DNA of 64,000 bases from a virus. Where the stretch lies: the IMG/VR virus record IMGVR_UViG_3300043466_002666; one strand, 5' to 3'. The notes under the pieces were generated by a model that was given only the letters and a program-made list of their open reading frames with translations, was not told where the DNA came from and searched no databases. Position 1 is the stretch's first letter. Every line of letters starts with the position of its first letter. This document shows, in pieces, positions 44,570-53,536 of the stretch. A program made the translations under genes and the position numbers.

Positions 44570-44662
44570 AGTATAACAGCTTACTGTAGATTTGTCAAGG
44601 GGTAGGGGGGGGGGTTGACAAGGGTGCTGGATTCTGCTACAATAACCATGTCAGGGTTCAGA
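44570..44662. promoter_or_regulatory. Back-to-back sigma70 promoters: minus strand for gp55, plus strand antisense with conserved 14-mer (repeat copy B)
   Basis: Minus TTGACA-17-TATACT; plus TTGACA-17-TACAAT-AAC-CA-TGTCAGGGTTCAGA; poly-G spacer. Confidence 0.7.
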
Positions 44663-44690
44663 AATTAGTTCTTTAGAGTACTTAGAGACC

Positions 44691-45089
44691 TTAAGAATCA
44701 ATATTCAATTTAAATGACTTCTCTAGAAGCTTCCTTGCTTCTTCAATCTTATTTTTAAATCCTAGTTCCTTATCTAGAGATACTCTATTATTATGTTCTT
44801 CATTTAGATACTTTTTTAGAGTACTACGATACAGAGTTAATATTTTATTATCTGCTTCACCAACAGTAAATACTTTATTTTTATCTATAAAGAATATATC
44901 TTCCTTTGAGAATTTAATCCAAGGTCTCATATCTACTTTATACATTTCTCCTGCTGGAGTAGAGATTGGTTCTACAGATATTTCAAATGGATTCTCTACA
45001 ACAAATCCATCTTCTTGTTCACATACAACTATATTGCCAACTAACTCAGTACCATCAATTAATTTAATTACTCCATAGAATTCATTCAT
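44691..45089 (-). CDS. Conserved hypothetical protein (Sm-like)
   Basis: IKLIDGTELVG...ENP...PWIKFS. Confidence 0.75.
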   Translation of the reverse strand: MNEFYGVIKLIDGTELVGNIVVCEQEDGFVVENPFEISVEPISTPAGEMYKVDMRPWIKFSKEDIFFIDKNKVFTVGEADNKILTLYRSTLKKYLNEEHNNRVSLDKELGFKNKIEEARKLLEKSFKLNIDS

Positions 45090-46557
45090 GTTCTTTCCTT
45101 GTAAAATTTACTGGAATTATTTCATATTCAAAATTCTCTTCTGAATATGTTTTAATTCTTTCTACTAGATGATTTAAAGTATAATTCTTTTTTTCTCCTT
45201 TTGAGAAATCGTCTGCGATGTCAAATAATTTTGCTTTTGATTTGTTTTCTCCTTTTCGCAATACTCTTCCGATGGATTGGAGATTTCTAACTCTTGATTT
45301 ACTAGGGGAAGCAAAGATAACGTTATGTAGATTTCTAATGTTAATACCAGTAGAAAAAGTACCGTAAGAAGCAATGATGATGGCATTAGATTCTTCTTCT
45401 GTGAGTTTCCTTATTAATTCTCTTTCTTCGGTATCAACACCACCATATACAAAGAATACTTTTCGTTTATCACCTACATCACTATTTATTATTTCGTGAA
45501 GTATCTTGCCATGTTTTTCTACCATAGCAAATAAAATTAGAGTGTTTCCTTCCTGATTTATTGCAAGATTTTTAATATAGTTGTTTCGTCGTTCATGACG
45601 ACAAATGTAATCTATCTCTTCTTGATATGACTCAAATGGCGAATAACCATGTTGGAGAAGAAGGATATTGATTTTGAGGTTTGAGAGATACCCCTTGTCT
45701 ATCAAATTTTTGGTCTTAATAACCTTGTTAACAGGTCCAAATAACCCCTCTAAAACGAGTTGATTTGTGCTTGACCCATCCAGAGTACCTGTGAACCCAA
45801 TTCTATACTTGCAATTATGCAGTTTTGTCATGATCGTAATTAGTGACTTGGCTTTGAATTGATGAGCCTCATCTCCAATTACAACATCATACTTTTCAAA
45901 GAAATTTTTTGGTAACTTATAAATTGATTGCCAAGTTGTAACAGTTACTTGTTTGTTAGTTTGTTTTGATTTGCCAGCATAAATTTTATGCACATCATCT
46001 CCCCACCCATAATCTTGAAAGTCTTTTGATAACTGTTCTACAAGAGAAGTAGTAGGTGTGATAATAAGTACATTTAAATTTCTATCAATATAATATCTCA
46101 TGATGCAGTAAATCATTAAAGACTTACCAGATGCAGTTGGAGATAATAACAGTTTACGATTATTTCGTAATGCTTCGTAAATTGCTTTGTATTGATAATC
46201 ACGAACTTTAAATGGAATATTTAAAGATTTAACATAATCAACTAAACCTTCTGGAGTTATTTGTTGATTGGAATCTTTAGGCATTCCATAAAATTTATTG
46301 TCTTTGTCAATATATGTGTATCCTCTAGAACAAAGCCATTCTGTTAGATAATCATACAGACCAACATATATTGTGCCTTCATATGGACTGAATAATTTAA
46401 TCTTTCCATCCCATAATCTATTTTTATATTGAGGCATAAATTTCGCACCAGGAACCTCAAATGTAAAATACTCAGACAATTCATATTTTATATGAGGTTC
46501 ACATTCAACAGTCAGATATACTTCATTCTTTTTTTGGATAATAACGTCAGCCATCAA
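45082..46557 (-). CDS. uvsW: RNA-DNA/DNA helicase UvsW
   Basis: SPTASGKS, DEAH, QSIGRVLR. Confidence 0.95.
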   Translation of the reverse strand: MMADVIIQKKNEVYLTVECEPHIKYELSEYFTFEVPGAKFMPQYKNRLWDGKIKLFSPYEGTIYVGLYDYLTEWLCSRGYTYIDKDNKFYGMPKDSNQQITPEGLVDYVKSLNIPFKVRDYQYKAIYEALRNNRKLLLSPTASGKSLMIYCIMRYYIDRNLNVLIITPTTSLVEQLSKDFQDYGWGDDVHKIYAGKSKQTNKQVTVTTWQSIYKLPKNFFEKYDVVIGDEAHQFKAKSLITIMTKLHNCKYRIGFTGTLDGSSTNQLVLEGLFGPVNKVIKTKNLIDKGYLSNLKINILLLQHGYSPFESYQEEIDYICRHERRNNYIKNLAINQEGNTLILFAMVEKHGKILHEIINSDVGDKRKVFFVYGGVDTEERELIRKLTEEESNAIIIASYGTFSTGINIRNLHNVIFASPSKSRVRNLQSIGRVLRKGENKSKAKLFDIADDFSKGEKKNYTLNHLVERIKTYSEENFEYEIIPVNFTRKEHE

Positions 46558-46985
46558 ATACTACCTTGCATGAATTTTTGCCAATCAATACTATTCTTGA
46601 TTTGAAATCCTCGTGTGTTTATATTTTCAAGAATTTTTTCAAGAACAAACATCATTTCTTTATAATAATTTAGGATGTTTAAAGACTTTTGAATTTCTTC
46701 ATCAGACTCAATGTATAGTTGAACATCTTGTTTCAAAATTTTTAAATCAAAAGGTTTTTCCTTGTAAACTTCGGAATCTGCCTTTCCAGTGTAATACTCA
46801 AATTTTTCTCTAAGTAATCTTTTGTAATCCTGTTCCTTTTTAACTTTTATAAGCCTTACATCAGAAAGATAATTTAAATACTTGCTGTGTAGTTGTGGAA
46901 TTTTGATTGATTCGTGGTCTAATAAATCTTGATCCATTACTGAATCTTTTTTCCATTCATCTTTAACAAAGTCAATATCAATCAT
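46554..46985 (-). CDS. uvsY: Recombination mediator UvsY
   Basis: KIPQLHSKY...YYTGKA...RGFQIKNSIDW. Confidence 0.9.
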   Translation of the reverse strand: MIDIDFVKDEWKKDSVMDQDLLDHESIKIPQLHSKYLNYLSDVRLIKVKKEQDYKRLLREKFEYYTGKADSEVYKEKPFDLKILKQDVQLYIESDEEIQKSLNILNYYKEMMFVLEKILENINTRGFQIKNSIDWQKFMQGSI

Positions 46986-47518
46986 AGTTTGTTGTCATTA
47001 ATATCGTATATATCATATATAGTGTACTTAAAAGTGGCTGGTACAGTAAAATACTGAACATCAGTTGCATTAGTATTAAATGTTAATGCTCCAATATCTG
47101 TAGGAAACACATCATTAAATACTACTTTAAATTTCTTTTTAAAGTTTGAATCTAGAATAAACAATACTGCATCACTATAAGTTTTATCTTCTAGATCCTC
47201 ACCGGGAAGTTCTTGAATATCTTGCGATGAATATGGATGGCCTAATTTTCTAATCCAATTATGCACAGTAACATAATTAGACATATTTTCATCTACAATA
47301 AATTCTAACGATAAATCTTGAAAATTTATTTCATCACCTGGATGAGGAATTGCATTGTATCGTGTGGATTGATTTGCAACTGAAATACTAATCCCAGGTA
47401 TTGTTGCAGACTGACAAAAAAATGATACCTTTGGATATTTAATTAACTGAAATTGAAATCCTATACCAGTTAAAAAATTTGAAGGGCAGCCTGAGTTGGC
47501 TATAAAATTTGCAGCCAT
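46982..47518 (-). CDS. gp3: Tail tube terminator (gp3)
   Basis: FFCQSATIPGI...FIVDENMSNY...VFPT. Confidence 0.85.
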   Translation of the reverse strand: MAANFIANSGCPSNFLTGIGFQFQLIKYPKVSFFCQSATIPGISISVANQSTRYNAIPHPGDEINFQDLSLEFIVDENMSNYVTVHNWIRKLGHPYSSQDIQELPGEDLEDKTYSDAVLFILDSNFKKKFKVVFNDVFPTDIGALTFNTNATDVQYFTVPATFKYTIYDIYDINDNKL

Positions 47519-47539
47519 GGGTTTTATTTATATTTAGAT

Positions 47540-47566
47540 AAAAAAAGAGCCCCTTTTGGGGGCTCC
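47540..47566 (-). terminator. Terminator after gp23
   Basis: GAGCCCC-CAAAA-GGGGCTC followed by T7. Confidence 0.85.
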
Positions 47567-47586
47567 TGAATTATGTGAATCAGTGA

Positions 47587-48978
47587 TCACATTAGGTTGA
47601 TGACTCTGGTTCTTCTGTAGTAAACGTTGTCGTTTGCCTGTAGAGCACCAGAACGCTGGGTTAGACCACCTGCGAATGGGTTTGCAACCATGCCATAACG
47701 GGTCTTGAAGCCAATCTTTGGCTGGAAGGTGTCCTGACCGATGGAACGAACCATCTGGAGAGGTACATATGGGCAATAGAAGAGACCTGCATCATATGCA
47801 TTAGAACCCTTATAACCCATCACGTAGTAGTGATCGTTGGAGATATTTGCTGAATATGGATCAACATATACCTTGATGCGACCATTTATTGTACCAGCTA
47901 GAGTTGATACGGTGTCGTCTGGAGTGTCTGAAGTGTTGAGTAGTGGGGTGTAATCCATTACCTTAGCAGCAGCTAGAGCACTTGCAACGTCTGCTGAACA
48001 GACGATGAAGTTACCCTTTCCTCTACGAGTCTCATGACCGATTGCGTTTGCATCACGCTCAATCTGGAATAGTAGACCCTTGAACTTCTCAACTGACCAA
48101 CGACCATTGGAGTCAACGTCTAGGTCGAAAGTACCAGCGTTAGCTACGTTATTCTGAGCACCAGGCTTAGCGGTTACGTAGATGGTACGAACAACTTCAC
48201 GGTTGATTTCAGTTAGAATCTCTGAGCTTAGAATGTTAGCTAGCTCAGTCTCAGCATCAAGACCATGGATAGCCTTGAGGTCTTGTGCTAGTTCTAGGGT
48301 GTACTCAGCTTTTAGAGCACGGCTCTTTGCTGTTACAGTTACCTTCTCGATTGAGAAGCTCATTTCACGGAACTCAGATCCGCTTTCACCTAGAGCTTCA
48401 GCAGCGTTGGTGTTCATACCACCAACATAACCGTAATCGCCAGGGCTTGCTGCGTTTAGTACGCCAGGGTTGGTTGCACCTTCGCCAGTTGCAGCAGAGT
48501 ATGCACCACCAGCAGCAGAGAAACCTGAAGGAACTTCGTTGAAGAAGGTCTCGTTGTCGAATACGTTTGGAGTAGCACCGTTACCATTACGGTCAGTACC
48601 ACGATGAGCACGCATTGCGAAGATTAGACCAGTTGGACCGCTCATTGGCTGAACACCGCAAATGTCATAAGCAATTAGCTTAGGCATTGAACGGCGGATT
48701 AGGCTGATTAGAACTGGGTCGAAACCTGCAACAGGACCACCAGCAGCAGCGCCACCTGAGAAGCCGTGAGCGCCTACACCAGCACCACCTGAGGTGAATG
48801 AACCAGTGCTATTAACTGCAACCTCGGAAAGAACACCACGCTCTTCACGTAGGAATGATTCTTGGTTCTCAAGAAGAACTGCGGTTACGGCCTTACGATA
48901 TCTGTCTGTAATTGGGTTTAGATCGTTGTGCTCCAAAATAGGAGCCCATTTTCTTTGTAGCTGTTCTGAATTAAACAT
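47587..48978 (-). CDS. gp23: Major capsid protein (gp23)
   Basis: GVQPMSGPTGLIFAMR, KSRALKAEYTLELAQDLKAIHG, FQPKIGFKTRYG. Confidence 0.97.
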   Translation of the reverse strand: MFNSEQLQRKWAPILEHNDLNPITDRYRKAVTAVLLENQESFLREERGVLSEVAVNSTGSFTSGGAGVGAHGFSGGAAAGGPVAGFDPVLISLIRRSMPKLIAYDICGVQPMSGPTGLIFAMRAHRGTDRNGNGATPNVFDNETFFNEVPSGFSAAGGAYSAATGEGATNPGVLNAASPGDYGYVGGMNTNAAEALGESGSEFREMSFSIEKVTVTAKSRALKAEYTLELAQDLKAIHGLDAETELANILSSEILTEINREVVRTIYVTAKPGAQNNVANAGTFDLDVDSNGRWSVEKFKGLLFQIERDANAIGHETRRGKGNFIVCSADVASALAAAKVMDYTPLLNTSDTPDDTVSTLAGTINGRIKVYVDPYSANISNDHYYVMGYKGSNAYDAGLFYCPYVPLQMVRSIGQDTFQPKIGFKTRYGMVANPFAGGLTQRSGALQANDNVYYRRTRVINLM

Positions 48979-49026
48979 TTGGGGTAAACTCCTTGGTTGT
49001 TAAATTTATTGTTAGGAATCTATTAA

Positions 49027-49034
49027 TATTTATA
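49027..49034 (-). promoter_or_regulatory. Late promoter TATAAATA (gp23)
   Basis: Exact consensus. Confidence 0.8.
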
Positions 49035-49047
49035 AAAATCTAGACTA

Positions 49048-50184
49048 TCACTGAGCCCATCTGGATACAGCTTGTACATAAGCTGCCATTGGTCCCTCGT
49101 AGAAATCTTGATTCTTTTCAACTAGGTCTTCCACATAATTTGATTGAAGTCTTGGGAAATAATTTTCCTTAATAGTCTCAACCTTGTCACGGAAAGATTC
49201 TTCACTAATAAACTCAACACCTTCTGAAAGGTTGAACAGTTTTTCTTTCTGTGTTTCTGCTAGACCTTCGGATACTTCTGCAATAATTCCATTTTTAATG
49301 TATGATCCGATTTCTTGGTTTAGCCCAACATTGATTTCAATCTGTTCGTTGAGTTTTTCCTCCATCTCATCTAGTTTAGTTGCCATTTCGGCAACTACAT
49401 CTTGTTCCTCTTCAGGGAGATCAATATTGTTCTCCAGGAAGAGATTAGCAAGACCTTGCATTAGATTTTCAGCAATTTCGGTCTTGATGCCATTATCAAT
49501 AGAAAGCTGGTTCTCAGCAATCCACTGCTCAGCAACATAATCAAGGTGAGCGTCTACACGAGTCTCTAGGGACTCAGCAATCTCTTCGATTTCTTCGATT
49601 AGACGCTGTTCGTATAGTGCCTCAAACTTTTGAACTTCTTCAACTACTTTTGCTTTTACTGCAGCTTCAAAAATTGTAGCTGCCTTCTGCATGAAGTGTT
49701 CGGAGAGTTCTTCTCCGTAGAAAAGTGCATTGAGATCGTCGGTTACATCGACTTCAATCTCTTCTGCCTTCATTTTTGTTTTTTTCTTGGAAGACTCTTT
49801 CTCTTCCTTCTCATCTTCATCTTCATCTTCTTCTTCATCATCTTCTTGAGCTTCATAAATTAGCTCTTCATCATCTAACTCTTCTTCTTCTCTCATTCCT
49901 TTTTGACCAGGAGCTGAGCCTTGAAGACGAGCCATTCCATCTGGTGACTTTGCACCAGCATTTACTTTAGAAGATGACTTACTCATTCTTGAAGAAGCTT
50001 TCTTGCCAATTTCATCACCTTCTGGTTTGGTTGTGGAAGAACCACCTAGTTCCTCTGGTGATGCACCCTGGCCAGGAGTGCTGTGCTGTAGTTTTTGCAT
50101 ACGGTCTCCTGGTTTAGCGTGAGCAGTGACAACGTTTCCTTCTTCTAGAAATTCGTCAAATTCTGTATTTAATACATTGGACAT
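49048..50184 (-). CDS. gp22: Prohead core scaffold (gp22)
   Basis: KAATIFEAAV, LDYVAEQW; position between gp21 and gp23. Confidence 0.9.
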   Translation of the reverse strand: MSNVLNTEFDEFLEEGNVVTAHAKPGDRMQKLQHSTPGQGASPEELGGSSTTKPEGDEIGKKASSRMSKSSSKVNAGAKSPDGMARLQGSAPGQKGMREEEELDDEELIYEAQEDDEEEDEDEDEKEEKESSKKKTKMKAEEIEVDVTDDLNALFYGEELSEHFMQKAATIFEAAVKAKVVEEVQKFEALYEQRLIEEIEEIAESLETRVDAHLDYVAEQWIAENQLSIDNGIKTEIAENLMQGLANLFLENNIDLPEEEQDVVAEMATKLDEMEEKLNEQIEINVGLNQEIGSYIKNGIIAEVSEGLAETQKEKLFNLSEGVEFISEESFRDKVETIKENYFPRLQSNYVEDLVEKNQDFYEGPMAAYVQAVSRWAQ

Positions 50185-50226
50185 CGAAAAAACCCTCTAG
50201 AAATATGTGATATTTTCTACTATTAT

Positions 50227-50880
50227 TTATGAAATTTTTATATTACGGAGAAAACTTTCAAATACTTGAAGTTTTCTTTCAGTTAAACTATTAGAAGATG
50301 CATTATTAATTGCTCGTCTGTAACTATTAATTACTTTTTCTTCTAACATGCCATTATTCCAAATCCACTCCTTACCTTCCATAATACCTTGTACAAAAGC
50401 ATCTGGAGCAGAAGGATCTGCAACAATATCTGCAGCAGTAGATAACATGAAGTCATCCTTTACTACATTGATTCCGTTTCTTTCTTCAATAGAACCAATT
50501 CCTCTTGAAGATACACCTAGAGTAACGCCAGACTCAAGTAGAGATTTGGCAATTTTACCCATTGGAGTTTCTAGAATCTGAGCCTTACCAATAAAATTGG
50601 TTCCTTCTGAACGAAGAGAAACAATCTTGTGAGACACTCTATCTAGGTTAATTGTTGGACTATCTGGATGACCTAGTTCACCTAGAGCACGACCTTTTGC
50701 AACATAGTTCTCGTTATAAGAACCAACCTCTCTTTCAAGAGTTTGCATAGGGTACATACGACCATTGCGGTTTTTTAGTTCCGCCTGAAGAAATACTCCT
50801 TCAATGTATAGATTCCTTTTACCACCTTTTTCTTCAGTGATAACTTTGATATCTTCGATAGTTTCTGTGATTAGTTTCAT
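50227..50880 (-). CDS. gp21: Prohead protease (gp21)
   Basis: NRNGRMYP, GELGHP, GVSSRG, DIVADPSAP. Confidence 0.95.
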   Translation of the reverse strand: MKLITETIEDIKVITEEKGGKRNLYIEGVFLQAELKNRNGRMYPMQTLEREVGSYNENYVAKGRALGELGHPDSPTINLDRVSHKIVSLRSEGTNFIGKAQILETPMGKIAKSLLESGVTLGVSSRGIGSIEERNGINVVKDDFMLSTAADIVADPSAPDAFVQGIMEGKEWIWNNGMLEEKVINSYRRAINNASSNSLTERKLQVFESFLRNIKIS

Positions 50881-51134
50881 TGTTCGTACTCTTCTTCTGG
50901 TACATCTTCTTCATATTCATCGTCATCCTCATATTCAACTACAGAGTCGTCCTCTTCATAATAATCATCCTCATCTTCATAGTTTCCTGTTGCAAACATA
51001 TTCTGAGCAAGTTCAATTTTTCTCATTCCGATCTTTTCTGAGGCAAGACCAAACAGAGTATCATAAATTTTTTCATTTGCATTAATATTGTTTCTAGCAA
51101 TAATGCTATCAACAATTTCTTGTGACAAAGACAT
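50877..51134 (-). CDS. Prohead core protein (gp67-like, acidic)
   Basis: Position between gp20 and gp21; acidic tail. Confidence 0.6.
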   Translation of the reverse strand: MSLSQEIVDSIIARNNINANEKIYDTLFGLASEKIGMRKIELAQNMFATGNYEDEDDYYEEDDSVVEYEDDDEYEEDVPEEEYEQ

Positions 51135-51174
51135 AAAAACCTCAATAATATATGAAAATTACAATAACTATTTA

Positions 51175-52836
51175 TTAAAATTTACCTTTCCCATAATCAG
51201 ATGGAGCGATAAAGTCTTTAAATTGACTATTAATTCCGCCTCCTGCTGGGCCAGCTTCTCCAGATGCAGCTACATCAGGTTGTACCTGGTGATCTTGACC
51301 TGGGGGCAACATACCCTGCTGATCCATCATCATTTGATTTGGATCTTGGATAATTCCAATTTCTTTCTCTTTTTCAATTTGCATATCAATCTCTTCAATT
51401 TCATCATCAGTTTGTTTTAGAATTTGTCTACGAACATATTCTACTGAGAAATATTTACCTAAATATGGTTCAACTTGATTTACAATATTAAGTCTATCAT
51501 TCAAGATTTCAGATTCTTTTAATTCATTGAAATGGTTATCAAAAATATAATCGTATTGAATATATTCTTTCATTTCTTCCCAATCATCTGCAGTAATAAT
51601 TCCTTTTAGAATTAACTGAGTTCTGAGAAGATCATGGAATAAATCACTAAAACGCTTACGAAGTCTACCAACAAATTTAGCAAATTTAAGTTCGTCTCTA
51701 GTGATTTCGTTAGTTCTTCCGATGGTGAATGAAGATTCTTGCTCTAGTCTTGAAAGAGGAATATTAAGAGATTTGTAAAGTTTCTTCTGGAAATACTTAA
51801 CGTCCTCTAGTTCTCCTAGGTTCTGTCCGCCTGGGAGTGTGGTAATTTCTGTACCTCGACCACCTTCACGGCGAGGTAGCCAGAAGTCTTCAAGCATACT
51901 CATATGCTTTCTGTCATCTCTGATTTCACCAGTTGCAGAATCATATACAACTTTATTTCTATATCTACCCATAACTTCACGTAGATATTGTTCTGCCTTC
52001 ACTTTAGGTAGATTACCTACGTCGATATAAAAAATACGACGTTCTGGTGCTCTTGAAAGTCTGTAAATTACAAGTGAGTCTTCAATCATTCGGAGTTGAT
52101 TGACAGATTTAATAGCCTTGTATAGATAACTCAAGACCATGTTTCTGTTATGATCAAATAGTCCAGAAGGAACATAAGTTACAGCATCATTAGAAATTTT
52201 GATGCCATTTGCATCAGAACCTTTGTAACCTCTTGGAAAATAAATGTAGTATTCAATAAACTCACCGTAATCATACTTTTGACCCTCCATTGTAGTGAGA
52301 GAGTCTACGTTTTTTTGTCGTTTAATTTCTCGGACTCTTTTGATTTTTAGAGAGTCAATATATCTAAGTTCTTTGATACCTTCTTTTGGTTTATCAAAGT
52401 CAATAATTTTATGGTAATATAATCTGCCATCAATATACCAGCGACGAAAAATATTATGGCACTTTTTATCAAAATTTAAAAGACGTAAAATATTAGAAAA
52501 TTCTTCTTTAATTGATTTTTTAATTTTATCACTTGCTTGAAGAGTAGAAAGCTCTACAGATACTGGAGCATAATCCAAATCACTACTAATAGCTTCATTA
52601 ATAATATCATCAATAGCACTATCAATCTCTGGATGTAATGCAATTTCTCTATATTTTCTAACCAGCTCAAATTCATTATTATGTTGGCCAACGCCATCTA
52701 GATCTAGATACTGACCAAAATAGGCACCTGCGGCGACTACCGAGGTGCCATCATCATCATTAGGAGGCGCTGGTGAAAACGCCTTGGCTGGTTTCTTCTT
52801 TCTGTCTTCAATAGAGAAACCAAATAGTTGCGTCAT
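51175..52836 (-). CDS. gp20: Portal protein (gp20)
   Basis: RAPERRIFYIDVGNLP, EDFWLPRREGGRGTEI. Confidence 0.97.
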   Translation of the reverse strand: MTQLFGFSIEDRKKKPAKAFSPAPPNDDDGTSVVAAGAYFGQYLDLDGVGQHNNEFELVRKYREIALHPEIDSAIDDIINEAISSDLDYAPVSVELSTLQASDKIKKSIKEEFSNILRLLNFDKKCHNIFRRWYIDGRLYYHKIIDFDKPKEGIKELRYIDSLKIKRVREIKRQKNVDSLTTMEGQKYDYGEFIEYYIYFPRGYKGSDANGIKISNDAVTYVPSGLFDHNRNMVLSYLYKAIKSVNQLRMIEDSLVIYRLSRAPERRIFYIDVGNLPKVKAEQYLREVMGRYRNKVVYDSATGEIRDDRKHMSMLEDFWLPRREGGRGTEITTLPGGQNLGELEDVKYFQKKLYKSLNIPLSRLEQESSFTIGRTNEITRDELKFAKFVGRLRKRFSDLFHDLLRTQLILKGIITADDWEEMKEYIQYDYIFDNHFNELKESEILNDRLNIVNQVEPYLGKYFSVEYVRRQILKQTDDEIEEIDMQIEKEKEIGIIQDPNQMMMDQQGMLPPGQDHQVQPDVAASGEAGPAGGGINSQFKDFIAPSDYGKGKF

Positions 52837-52868
52837 AATAATCCTATAACTCTTTTATGTATTTATTA

Positions 52869-53504
52869 TCAAACTTTATCCTTGGTTACTTCAAAGAAGT
52901 TATATTGGAACTCTACAGTGAATTCTTCAATCTGATCATTTGCTTCAAATGATAAATCAATAGATGAAATTGCAGAAGGCCATGCATCATAGAATTTATA
53001 TGCACGGATTGTTTCCATGCCGTCTGTTCCACCATTAGTTGAGTCTGGACCCCTGGAAGGTGTCTGACCATCTCTGCTGAGTTGGAATACTGTCATATCC
53101 ACACAATATGAAGCTCCACCATCTGCACCATACCCTAACTGTGATACGTTTTCAGTTAAAGCATTGATTCCTCTTGACCATGTTTCAAACGCTTTACGAA
53201 TTTCAAAATTACCATCATTTACTATGGTAACTGACCATGGTTCAAAAGTTCTATCTCCAGCAACTTTAAGCATTCTTCCACGGAAAGGAACTTCAATAGT
53301 TCCAATGTTTGATGCTGGGATTTGAGCAGTTTTTACAAGAAATTCAGCTTGAGTGGTTAAATTTGGTGATGAGGTTGATGCTGGACCACCAACATCCCCA
53401 ATTTGATTTAGCTGAGGTGGGAAATTTAATCTAACTAGAAATAGATTAGGTCTTGCCCCACCTTTCTTTAAATATGATTTGAAATCTGAAATACTCTTAG
53501 CCAT
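52869..53504 (-). CDS. gp19: Tail tube protein (gp19)
   Basis: GARPNLF, VPFRGR..KVAGDRTFEPW. Confidence 0.93.
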   Translation of the reverse strand: MAKSISDFKSYLKKGGARPNLFLVRLNFPPQLNQIGDVGGPASTSSPNLTTQAEFLVKTAQIPASNIGTIEVPFRGRMLKVAGDRTFEPWSVTIVNDGNFEIRKAFETWSRGINALTENVSQLGYGADGGASYCVDMTVFQLSRDGQTPSRGPDSTNGGTDGMETIRAYKFYDAWPSAISSIDLSFEANDQIEEFTVEFQYNFFEVTKDKV

Positions 53505-53536
53505 TGTGTTCTCCTAGATGGTTTACGAAAAAATGA

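Noticed and set aside
44599-44614. Poly-G tract as a phase-variation or G-quadruplex site
   Set aside because: It lies between back-to-back -35 boxes, outside both spacers; length may be a homopolymer artefact and there is no supporting evidence
49740-49900. TCT/TCA-rich low-complexity repeat
   Set aside because: Encodes the acidic E/D tract of scaffold gp22
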